DNA of 64,000 nucleotides from Candidatus Micrarchaeota archaeon (GTDB lineage: Archaea > Micrarchaeota > Micrarchaeia > Micrarchaeales > CABMGC01): assembly GCA_021802765.1 (NCBI GenBank), contig JAJZRI010000003.1, forward strand, positions 27,919-91,918. The letters are read 5' to 3'. Under the pieces are notes generated by a model. That model was not told the DNA's origin, did not search any database, and saw nothing but the letters and a program-made list of their open reading frames with translations. The position numbers and the translations under genes were made by a program. Each line of letters opens with the position of its first letter. Position 1 is the stretch's first letter. Positions 9,444 through 18,126 of this stretch are shown here, one piece after another.

Positions 9444-10586
9444 CTATTTCTTGGCGGTCTTTTGCAGTAGCGGATCCAGGCGCTCGAAGAATGCATCCCA
9501 GGAGTATTTTTGCTCAACCAGTTTTCTTCCCTGCTTGCCCATCCTCTCTGCGAGATGCGTATTTGATGCCAATAGGGCCATCTTCTCCGCCATCTCGGAT
9601 GGCGAGTTTACAAGAAATCCGGTCTTGTTGTTGATCACAGTCTCCCTAGGTCCGCCTTCGTTGACCGAGATTATCGGCTTTGAGCTTGCCATGGCTTCTA
9701 GAGGTATGAAGCCATAATCCTCGTTTATTGCGGAGAACAGCACGCCCTTTGAATTGGAATAAAGGTCCTTTAACTGGCCATCATTTACGTTGGTCTTGAA
9801 TACGACGTTAAGCCCTTTCGCCATGTTCTTGAGTTTATCGAAGTATTTCTGGTGCTCTGGATCCTTTGATAGGGTGCCTGCTATTATCAGCTTGTGCTTC
9901 TGGTCCTTGGTCTTCTTCACAAAGCTCCTAAATGCCATTATCGCATAGTCCTGGCGCTTATTCACAACCAGACGCGAGGGATATAGGAAGTAGTTCCCAT
10001 ACTCCTTGTTTGAGAAGTCCTTGTAATCTATGCCGGGATTTATAACTGTCGCCTCACGTCCGTAGTACTTCTTTATGCGCTCATTTGTCGTGTTGCTGTT
10101 GGTCGCTATCTCGTCTATCTTGCTAGTTATGCCCTTTGCTATCATCTTGTAGGTACCGACAAGCGCGGCATAGACGAGCTTGTCCTTATATGACCTGTTT
10201 TGCATCCTCGTCTCATACAGGTCGTAGACCTCCCTTGGGGGGGTGTGGCAGTACCAAAGGACGCGCTCATTCTTGTTTCTTATCCACTCGCTTGGTGAGA
10301 TGTGGGAATTTAGTACGTCATAATCCTCCTTTATCTTCATGTTGTAGAAGTTATATCCGTACCTGAATCCCTGGGAGGCCCGGTATGGCAGCTTGTCTGA
10401 GAGAGGCACGTCGCGACCTATGAGTTTTATGTCAAGATTGCCAAACTCGGAGAAGGTGGCATTCTTATCGTATTCTAGGGTGTATATGCTTGCGCCATAG
10501 TGCTGGGCCACTTTTAGTATGACCCTTTCGACTCCGCCCCTTAGGTTAAGGTACGGCTGTAGGAGTATTAATTTCATAAACATCAA
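9444..10586 (-). CDS. Glycosyltransferase family 4 (GT-B)
   Basis: GGVER, YCHTP, SRLVVNKR, EDYGFIPLEAMAS (ExFG-x4-E) motifs; next to aglB. Confidence 0.93.
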   Translation of the reverse strand: MMFMKLILLQPYLNLRGGVERVILKVAQHYGASIYTLEYDKNATFSEFGNLDIKLIGRDVPLSDKLPYRASQGFRYGYNFYNMKIKEDYDVLNSHISPSEWIRNKNERVLWYCHTPPREVYDLYETRMQNRSYKDKLVYAALVGTYKMIAKGITSKIDEIATNSNTTNERIKKYYGREATVINPGIDYKDFSNKEYGNYFLYPSRLVVNKRQDYAIMAFRSFVKKTKDQKHKLIIAGTLSKDPEHQKYFDKLKNMAKGLNVVFKTNVNDGQLKDLYSNSKGVLFSAINEDYGFIPLEAMASSKPIISVNEGGPRETVINNKTGFLVNSPSEMAEKMALLASNTHLAERMGKQGRKLVEQKYSWDAFFERLDPLLQKTAKK

Positions 10587-10596
10587 ATAGCCAAGT

Positions 10597-13500
10597 TTAG
10601 CCTGGCATCGAGTAATTGTTGGTTACGAACTTTGGCTTTGGCGTTACCGTAGGGAGGGTGCCGGTGAAGTTATTCAGTTTGAAGATCATTATCTGGTGGG
10701 TTCCGTTTATGTAGTTCATCCCTGTGAAGTTGCTCGGATATGCCAAGGAATATCCCTTTCCGAGGTCGCCGAGGAAGAATCCGCGGTAGTATGTTGAATT
10801 GTAAAATAGCGAAGGCGCGTCTGTCACTGTGAGGTTAGGTCCGTTTGGCGCGTAGAGCAGCAGGAACGAGATGAACTGCTGTCCGGATATGGTTGCCGAG
10901 CCGCCATAGAATGCGGTGCTTATTATCGCGTTTGTCTTGTTGCCCGTTGGGGAAAGCAGGTAGGTGGGCTTTCCAGATTGCAGGAAGGACGAAGGAACAC
11001 AGTAGGTCTGATTAAGAGGGGTTGCTCCGCCTAGCACAGGTATTCCCCTAACCGCGACGGTTGTGGTGTTGCCCGGGAATGTGCAGTAAGTGTTTACGCT
11101 TATTGTGCCGTTTGCCGAAGGAAGGGGTATTAGCAGATATATCGGGTCATGGTTGATCTCGCATTGCGAGGTTCCGAGAGCATACGGTGAGCCCTGCTGC
11201 TTGCCAGCCGCCAGCGCGAACTGAAGCCCGGTCTGGTTGATATAGGTGCATCCCAGGAAATCCAGGGCGCCCCACTTTGGCACCAGCTGGTCATCGAATA
11301 GTATGTACTTGGCCTGTATGCCGTTCATGTAGCTTGAAAGCGCTGTAGTGTTGAAACCATCACTTCCTCCGAATATGTAATGGGCTGCAGCCTGATAGTC
11401 TGCAGTTGGTACGGAGTTATCCCCCCTGAGAACGGCGTTGCTGTTTCCGAACCAGTTTATCCAGTCACCATAGTCCCACCACGCCAGGATTCTAGGCCCA
11501 TAAGGCCCCACGTTTGCCGACATCCATTTAGTTGCAGTTATCCAGTAATTCGGTACAGTATTGCAGTAAAGCACTGATCCGAGTGCGTTGCCCTGGTTCT
11601 GTATTGTCGCACAGTTTGGATTTGATGCGGCAGATACGAGCTGGATTATGACTGGAGCGGCCTCTATTATCAGGATAAGCACGGCGGCGATTAGGAGCGC
11701 GTTCTTCATCCTCTCCGACCATCCATCAGAGTAATGCATCATGATCTCGCCGAGTATTACGCAGATGGCGATTATGTATGCCACGCCGAAGTGCGGCATG
11801 TACTTCACCTCTATCATGCCTGCAAAGGCAAGCGGCCAGACTGCCGCAACGGCGAGTATGCTCGACTTTGAGCTTCTGGTGTATATGGATATGAATTCGA
11901 GAGCGGTAAATGCGATGAGCACTGCCCAGACTATCAGGCTTACGCCGCCGATGCTGTCCCCGATTATTCCAAATCCGCTTGGTCCGAAATTAAATGTGAA
12001 GAATCCTGTTGGTGCATATTCCTGGACTGTCATGAAGAGAGGCGAGCTGGGAGTAGTATAGTGCTTGCTTAATGCAATGTATTTCTGGAACGGATGACCC
12101 AGCGGGGTAAAGATTATGGCTAGAATCCCAAGTATCACAACGACCAGCAGCCATACGGAATAGACCTGCAGGTTGAGGTCCTTTATGTATCCTTGCTGTT
12201 TTGCAATCTTAGGCACATATTCTATTACTGCAACGGCAAGGAGCGCGAGTATCGGGAACGAAACTATAACCGGTATGCCGAAGATTGCTGGGGTTACCTG
12301 GGCAAGCGTTGCGTTGTACGGGCCATATCCTGCGTAGAAGAGCACGATGACGCCGAGCATGATGATATTCATCTTGTAGAAGTCGGTGTTATCCTCTGAC
12401 TTGAAGATGTTTACGAGGCCCTGGAAGAGTAGGTAGACTGAGAGCACGGCTGCGGGAACGGTAAAGTAGTGCGCGCCCAAAAAGTTTGATGCAAAGGCTA
12501 TTCCGGCAAGTATCGCATACCTATTCTCCTTGGGATTGTTGACAGCCAAGATGTAGGCAGCATAGAAGAAGAATAGGGCAAATATGCCCCACGGCTCAAG
12601 CAGCTGCTCGCCGGCTATGAATGTCGTGAGAAGCACGGGCATCACCGCGGCGAGGCCGGCGCCGATTATTGCAGGGTACTCCCCATATTCGTGATAAATG
12701 AACATGAAGACTACGAAGACCAAAAGAGCCGCGGTTATTGGAGGATACCAGCTGCTTACGTTTGATAGAAGCGTTGTGTTTATTGTGGATGCGCTTGGGT
12801 TTGCCCCTGCGAGGTTGTACCAGTAGGCCTCTATATAAGGTATGAGAGGCTGCACCCTATGATACGTCCCATTGACAAGCGATGGCCATGCAGCATGATC
12901 GTAGAGCAGCTGATGCCCGTATGTGAGTATGTACTGGGTGCTTATCATATCGAAATATGGGTCGAATTCAAAGTATACCGGAGCCTGGGCTATGCTAAGC
13001 ATCCTTGAAGCAAAGACAAGGATCATTATGCCAAGCAGGGCAAACCAGATCATATTGCTCTTTGGCTTCTCTGTGATTGTTGAGGCCTTGCCGCTTGAAA
13101 TAAGATTCTTCTCCTCTGCCTCGTGCTTCTCGAAAAGTCGCCTCTCCTCGTCCCTGTGCGACTCTATCATCTTTTGGCGCTCCTCTTCTCCGGCGCTGCC
13201 TAGGAGATCAAGTTCGTCCTGGTGCTTCCGTTGCAGGCTGAGCTCCTCTTCCTTATGCATCTCTATTATGCGTATGTCGGCCCCGAGCTCGGATATGGCG
13301 GACCTGAGTGATTCTATCCTCTTCCTGTAGTCCTTCTCTATCTGCTTCTTCACTGCGCTTTCGCTTCCGCTAAAGAAGCTTGGCCTAAATGAACTGAATG
13401 CGCCCTGCTGCAGGGATAGCAGTATACCTATAATTGTAAGTATAACGACATTGACATTGTAGAGTGTGTTTGAAAACGAGAATATTGGTGAGATTGGTAT

Positions 13501-13674
13501 TAGATAGGATTCGAGCCAGATAAGCGTAGGTGGAAATATTATTCCAAAGATTACGCCTATGACCGCAATCTCAAACATGTGCAATTTGGTCTTCTTCAAT
13601 AGGGCTAAGGCAAGGAAGAATCCAGGTACGACTATCGAAAGCGTGCCTATTATAAGTGGGATTATTAGAGACAT
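10597..13674 (-). CDS. aglB: Oligosaccharyltransferase AglB (STT3 family) with a long N-terminal extension
   Basis: EFDPYF, TVQE, WWDYG motifs; multiple TM helices and a C-terminal soluble domain. Confidence 0.92.
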   Translation of the reverse strand: MSLIIPLIIGTLSIVVPGFFLALALLKKTKLHMFEIAVIGVIFGIIFPPTLIWLESYLIPISPIFSFSNTLYNVNVVILTIIGILLSLQQGAFSSFRPSFFSGSESAVKKQIEKDYRKRIESLRSAISELGADIRIIEMHKEEELSLQRKHQDELDLLGSAGEEERQKMIESHRDEERRLFEKHEAEEKNLISSGKASTITEKPKSNMIWFALLGIMILVFASRMLSIAQAPVYFEFDPYFDMISTQYILTYGHQLLYDHAAWPSLVNGTYHRVQPLIPYIEAYWYNLAGANPSASTINTTLLSNVSSWYPPITAALLVFVVFMFIYHEYGEYPAIIGAGLAAVMPVLLTTFIAGEQLLEPWGIFALFFFYAAYILAVNNPKENRYAILAGIAFASNFLGAHYFTVPAAVLSVYLLFQGLVNIFKSEDNTDFYKMNIIMLGVIVLFYAGYGPYNATLAQVTPAIFGIPVIVSFPILALLAVAVIEYVPKIAKQQGYIKDLNLQVYSVWLLVVVILGILAIIFTPLGHPFQKYIALSKHYTTPSSPLFMTVQEYAPTGFFTFNFGPSGFGIIGDSIGGVSLIVWAVLIAFTALEFISIYTRSSKSSILAVAAVWPLAFAGMIEVKYMPHFGVAYIIAICVILGEIMMHYSDGWSERMKNALLIAAVLILIIEAAPVIIQLVSAASNPNCATIQNQGNALGSVLYCNTVPNYWITATKWMSANVGPYGPRILAWWDYGDWINWFGNSNAVLRGDNSVPTADYQAAAHYIFGGSDGFNTTALSSYMNGIQAKYILFDDQLVPKWGALDFLGCTYINQTGLQFALAAGKQQGSPYALGTSQCEINHDPIYLLIPLPSANGTISVNTYCTFPGNTTTVAVRGIPVLGGATPLNQTYCVPSSFLQSGKPTYLLSPTGNKTNAIISTAFYGGSATISGQQFISFLLLYAPNGPNLTVTDAPSLFYNSTYYRGFFLGDLGKGYSLAYPSNFTGMNYINGTHQIMIFKLNNFTGTLPTVTPKPKFVTNNYSMPG

Positions 13675-13766
13675 TAGAATCAATCACAAAAAGTAATTAA
13701 TACGTATTGGATTATTGATTATTTGAATAGACTATAATTAATAAGGATTATTAACGTTGTGCTTTT

Positions 13767-14870
13767 ATGCGGTTTCCTATTTCAATTGTTGGCGCTGGAA
13801 CGGCGGGTTTGATAGCCGCCAGGAGGTTGGGCGAGCTTGGATTTAGCCCGACGGTCTATGACCAGAAGAGAGTTCTGGGAGTGCCTGTTCGCGCTTCAGG
13901 TATACTTTCTCTTAGCGGCATTACAAGGCTTGGAATAGATTATTCTGGGTGCGAGACGAACAGGTTGCATGGCGCAAAGATATACGCTGGCAGGTCAGTG
14001 CTTAGGATCAGATCTAAATCGCCAATGGCCGTAGTACTTGACAGGAAGAAGCTCAGCGATGCATGCTATGACCAGGCGCAGGCAAGCGGCGCGAAGGTGG
14101 TAACCGGAAAGAGGCTTACAGGGCACGCTCTTGATGAACTGGCAGGCAGGGGCGTGGTAGTTGGAGCTGACGGCGCAGTCTCCTCAGTGGCAAGACACTT
14201 TGGCTTCGGAGAGATTGGCAGGTTTGCTGTTACATATAAGGCTGAGTACGAGGTCGAGGCGTCAGAAAGTGGGATGGTAGAACTGTTTTTCGACAATAGG
14301 AATTATCCGGGGCTCTTTGGATGGACATGCCCCAACAGGAAGGACCTGCTGGAGGTTGGTGTTGGGCTGTACTCTGGGAACGGAAATGCGCGCGCAGCAT
14401 TCGATAGGCTGATAAAGACTGAGCAGATAGCCTCAGTCATAGGAAGCAGGAGGCCAGTTGACCATGGCGCATCGATGATACCAATGCGCATGCGCAAAAG
14501 TATAGTAGATGAAGGGAGGCGCGTTGTGCTCATTGGAGATGCCGCCGGTCAGGTTAAAGCGACTACAGGAGGTGGCATAATATTTGGCGGTAGCGCAGCG
14601 CTTATGGCTGCTAATGCAATAGCCAGGAATGCGGATGATGGCACGGCGCTCTCCGATTATGAGAGGGAATTTAGGAGGGCGTACGGCCTTGATCTTAGTA
14701 TGCATTATATGATAAACAAAGTGTACTCCAGCCTTGGGACTAAGGGCATGGAAAAGATCGTATCTGTAATGAATTTGCTTGGGTTGGACAGGTTCCTTTC
14801 GGCTTATGGCGATATGGATAGGCCGTCACTTATCCTGAAGAGGTTCTTCCTTAGGGGCCTTATCAGATGA
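13767..14870 (+). CDS. Geranylgeranyl reductase-family FAD-dependent oxidoreductase
   Basis: IVGAGTAG, VGADG, FGWTCP, LIGDAAGQVKATTGGGI motifs. Confidence 0.85.
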   Translation: MRFPISIVGAGTAGLIAARRLGELGFSPTVYDQKRVLGVPVRASGILSLSGITRLGIDYSGCETNRLHGAKIYAGRSVLRIRSKSPMAVVLDRKKLSDACYDQAQASGAKVVTGKRLTGHALDELAGRGVVVGADGAVSSVARHFGFGEIGRFAVTYKAEYEVEASESGMVELFFDNRNYPGLFGWTCPNRKDLLEVGVGLYSGNGNARAAFDRLIKTEQIASVIGSRRPVDHGASMIPMRMRKSIVDEGRRVVLIGDAAGQVKATTGGGIIFGGSAALMAANAIARNADDGTALSDYEREFRRAYGLDLSMHYMINKVYSSLGTKGMEKIVSVMNLLGLDRFLSAYGDMDRPSLILKRFFLRGLIR

Positions 14871-15359
14871 TATTTCGTTAATCGCCTTCTTGCCCATCTC
14901 CTCCCTTATCCGAAGCTCCTTGTTTACCTTCTCTAGATCTTCAGGCTTGAGAACTTTTGTAAGTATGTATTTTGAGTAGTCCATGGACATCTGCGAGAGG
15001 CTTGTGAGCACCGCATGCAGCTGGCTTGACTTTATAACAAAGTCGCCCTCTGGCCTTATCACCTCGATACCGACCGGAGAGAAGCTGAATATGACCTGTA
15101 TGAGCGCGCCTATGTCAGTGAATAACACATCGACTATCGCATTTGTTGAATATACATCCTCTAGTTTTATCGGCTCGTCTATGCTTCCTGCAGCGTATAC
15201 GACTCCCGGGCTCTTTAGCAGCCTGACGTTTATCAGGTCCACCATCAATGGCTGGAGTTCCTCTTGCTTCTCGCTTTGCATGTCGAAATATAGCTTGGTG
15301 AGTATGCCGCCTTTTGATATTGTCTTCTCTGTTATCTCGCTCATTTCGCTTTTTGCCAT
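14826..15359 (-). CDS. Conserved hypothetical protein
   Basis: Tightly coupled downstream of hisS with GTGA SD; typical codon usage; 3' overlap with the reductase gene. Confidence 0.7.
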   Translation of the reverse strand: MAKSEMSEITEKTISKGGILTKLYFDMQSEKQEELQPLMVDLINVRLLKSPGVVYAAGSIDEPIKLEDVYSTNAIVDVLFTDIGALIQVIFSFSPVGIEVIRPEGDFVIKSSQLHAVLTSLSQMSMDYSKYILTKVLKPEDLEKVNKELRIREEMGKKAINEISSDKAPKEEPLQDK

Positions 15360-15364
15360 GAATA

Positions 15365-16663
15365 TCACTTCTTAAGCGCAGCTATTGCACCATCAATATC
15401 TAAAAGCTCTTCCGTCCCGTCAGACATGTTCTTTAGCTTGAGCTTGCCTTCAGCCTTCTCCTTGGCGCCGATTATTGCCACGTAGGGTATGCCTGCGGCG
15501 TTGGCATACTCGAGCTGCTTGGATATGCCCTTCTCGGTGAGCCCCATATCCACATATATTCCTGCGGATCTCATCCTGCTTGCCGCCTCTATGCAGTATT
15601 CTAGGTTGAACGATCCGACCTGGGCAATGAATACCTTTGCATATGTCTTTGGTCCATTGCCAGAATATAGTATGTCGAATACGCGGCTGATTCCTATTGA
15701 TGATCCAACAGCAGGGGTGGCTGATTTTGAGTACATGCCTATGAGGTTGTCGTACCTTCCGCCGGCTGCGATTGTTGGCAGCCTTCCTTCGGCGGTCTGT
15801 ATTATAACCTCCCATACGAATCCGGTGTAGTAGTCAAGCCCGCGGGCGAGCGAGAGGTCAAGATGTATCTCATCCTGGACTCTGAAGTTCTCCAGCATGC
15901 CAAGAAGCGAGCGGACCTTGTCCACCTCGGCCTTTGAGTTTTCTATTTCTAGCTCGGTCTTCTTGAGCTTGTCCTCATTACTGATCTGCTCCTTTATGAA
16001 CGAGAGCATGATCTGGGCCTGGTCATCCTGCATGCCTATTGCCTTGAGCTGGTTTGTGGTTTCCGAGATGCCGACCTTCTCCATCTTGTCTATTATCCTC
16101 ATTGCAGGCCCGAGTTTTTCCTTTGCCACCTTGAAATGGGTGAGTACGAGCTCAAGGAGCGGCCTGCTGTTCACCAGTATTAGGCAGTTCTTCACTCCGG
16201 CAGAGGCCAGGGCATCCATTGTCGTGGATATGCATTCCGCATCGGCTGCCACGTCCGAGCTGCCGATTATGTCTACGTCAGCCTGCATGAATTCCCTTGA
16301 CCTGAGCCTCTGAGGCTCATCCCTTCTCCATACCTTGTCTATCTGATATCTCTTGAATGGAAATGGTATGTCCTTGTTCATTGCCATGAACCTTGCAAGT
16401 GGTACTGTAAAATCAAACCTTAGGGCCGTATCCTTGCCATCCATCAAGTACATCTCCTTGGTTGGCTCTTCGCCGTAGGCCTTGGCGCCAAGCGTCTCAG
16501 TATTCTCTATGGCAGGGGTTATCAGCGGGGCAAAGCCGTGCCTCTTGAAAGCCTCCTCGATGCCATGCATGAGATACTTTAGGTGCATTGCCTCATTAGG
16601 GCCGAAGTCCCGCGTGCCTCTTGGCACGTCGACTACAAATCCCTGCGGCGTCTTCACTGCCAT
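15365..16663 (-). CDS. hisS: Histidine--tRNA ligase
   Basis: PRGTRDF, LRFDFTVPLAR, WRRDEPQ..R.REFMQAD, ARGLDYYTG, GGRYDNL motifs. Confidence 0.97.
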   Translation of the reverse strand: MAVKTPQGFVVDVPRGTRDFGPNEAMHLKYLMHGIEEAFKRHGFAPLITPAIENTETLGAKAYGEEPTKEMYLMDGKDTALRFDFTVPLARFMAMNKDIPFPFKRYQIDKVWRRDEPQRLRSREFMQADVDIIGSSDVAADAECISTTMDALASAGVKNCLILVNSRPLLELVLTHFKVAKEKLGPAMRIIDKMEKVGISETTNQLKAIGMQDDQAQIMLSFIKEQISNEDKLKKTELEIENSKAEVDKVRSLLGMLENFRVQDEIHLDLSLARGLDYYTGFVWEVIIQTAEGRLPTIAAGGRYDNLIGMYSKSATPAVGSSIGISRVFDILYSGNGPKTYAKVFIAQVGSFNLEYCIEAASRMRSAGIYVDMGLTEKGISKQLEYANAAGIPYVAIIGAKEKAEGKLKLKNMSDGTEELLDIDGAIAALKK

Positions 16664-16678
16664 CTTTATCAGCAAGAA

Positions 16679-16993
16679 TCAGAGGTTCTTGTCAAGCCAC
16701 TTCTTGAACGACTCCTTTGGAAGCGCGCCGACTGACATCGCCTTGACATCCCCATTCTCGAAGACTAGCACGCTTGGGATGCTCATTATGTTGTACTTTG
16801 CAGCTATATCGGTATTCTCATCGGTATTAAGCTTGCCGAACTTCACTTTTGGCTCGTAGGACTTTGAGACCTCGTCTATTATTGGTGAAAAAATCCTGCA
16901 AGGTCCGCACCATTCTGCCCAAAAATCAACTACCACCGGGGTCTTTGACTTCAAAACTTCCGCCTCGAAATTCTTTGTGGTGAAATCCATCAT
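16679..16993 (-). CDS. trxA: Thioredoxin
   Basis: DFWAEWCGPC active site, SIP cis-proline motif. Confidence 0.96.
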   Translation of the reverse strand: MMDFTTKNFEAEVLKSKTPVVVDFWAEWCGPCRIFSPIIDEVSKSYEPKVKFGKLNTDENTDIAAKYNIMSIPSVLVFENGDVKAMSVGALPKESFKKWLDKNL

Positions 16994-17071
16994 AAAATCA
17001 CAGATTTAGTATACCACTATTGCATCAAACAAATATAAGCCTTTGGTAGACCAAGTGAGAATCGTGCCGTG

Positions 17072-18118
17072 TCATTGCTGCTTGTTTGTCGATGAATTTA
17101 GCCGGTTGAACAGCGCTAGGACTATCGCTGCGGCGATGATTATGAAACCTAGCCAGGCCCTGTAGTCCTGCACATTGTTTATTGCAAAGACTATGCCAAG
17201 GAAGAGGTTGCAGAAGGCAAAGAGCGGGGGTATGGCCGGAAGGGCCACCTTGTACCTCTTGAGAAGATACATGGTGAATATCATCCCGAAGGCTGAGCCC
17301 ACGGCGATCATGATGGCTGCAAAGTAGCTTAGGAAGCTGATGTATGCGCTTACGGAGAGCATTAGAGGCAGTGCGAGGTCGCCTGTGCCGAGCTGAACCT
17401 GCGACACTACTGGGAATATGCCATTCTTGACGAGGTTCCTTACTAGCGGGTCTGTTGGCTTGGCCTGCTTTTTATACTCGGCAAGATCCTTCTTTGAAAG
17501 ATACTTCTTTGGTACGGCCTCGTAATCCGTAGAACCTATAAGGAATGCTAGATTCTTGGAAGAGATCTCATTTGCCATTGTTAGCATGTGTTTTGTTATG
17601 AATACGGCGACATAGTCGTATATGGTTATGAGCAGCATTAGGAAGTACGCCAGGTAGAATCCGTTGGATCCGATTAGTATGCCGACGCCAATGCTTGACG
17701 AGACGGCCAGGAAGTTCCTAAGTCCAGGACGCAAGTTCTTTGCTATTATAAGAGCGCCAGTAACGACTGCGGCAAATATGAGCAGGCTGTTTGGGCTTAC
17801 GGATGGCAGCGCAGTGCTCAGGACCGAGAAGAGCACGTAGCCCGTGGCCATTAATATTACTACGGCCTCCATGAGCCTGAAGATGCCTGGCTTCCTATAG
17901 AAACGCATGAGCAGCAGTAGCGCTGCTGTCGCAGCGAGTATGTAGACAAGGTATATGAATGCGCCTTCGAACGAGTTTATCTGGACCGAGTTGCCCTGCA
18001 CGTAGTAGAGTATGGATGGCATTGTGTATATGGCTATTAGCAGGCCGCCGAATTGCACCACAAGAAATAGCACTATTATGTTGACAAGCTGCCTTGCCTC
18101 TATCTTTCTATCCAGCAA
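17072..18118 (-). CDS. Presenilin/SPP-family intramembrane aspartyl protease (PSH-like)
   Basis: About 9 TM helices; IYDYVAV (YD), LGTGD (GxGD) and PAIP (PAL) motifs. Confidence 0.9.
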   Translation of the reverse strand: MLDRKIEARQLVNIIVLFLVVQFGGLLIAIYTMPSILYYVQGNSVQINSFEGAFIYLVYILAATAALLLLMRFYRKPGIFRLMEAVVILMATGYVLFSVLSTALPSVSPNSLLIFAAVVTGALIIAKNLRPGLRNFLAVSSSIGVGILIGSNGFYLAYFLMLLITIYDYVAVFITKHMLTMANEISSKNLAFLIGSTDYEAVPKKYLSKKDLAEYKKQAKPTDPLVRNLVKNGIFPVVSQVQLGTGDLALPLMLSVSAYISFLSYFAAIMIAVGSAFGMIFTMYLLKRYKVALPAIPPLFAFCNLFLGIVFAINNVQDYRAWLGFIIIAAAIVLALFNRLNSSTNKQQ

Positions 18119-18126
18119 AACACCGT

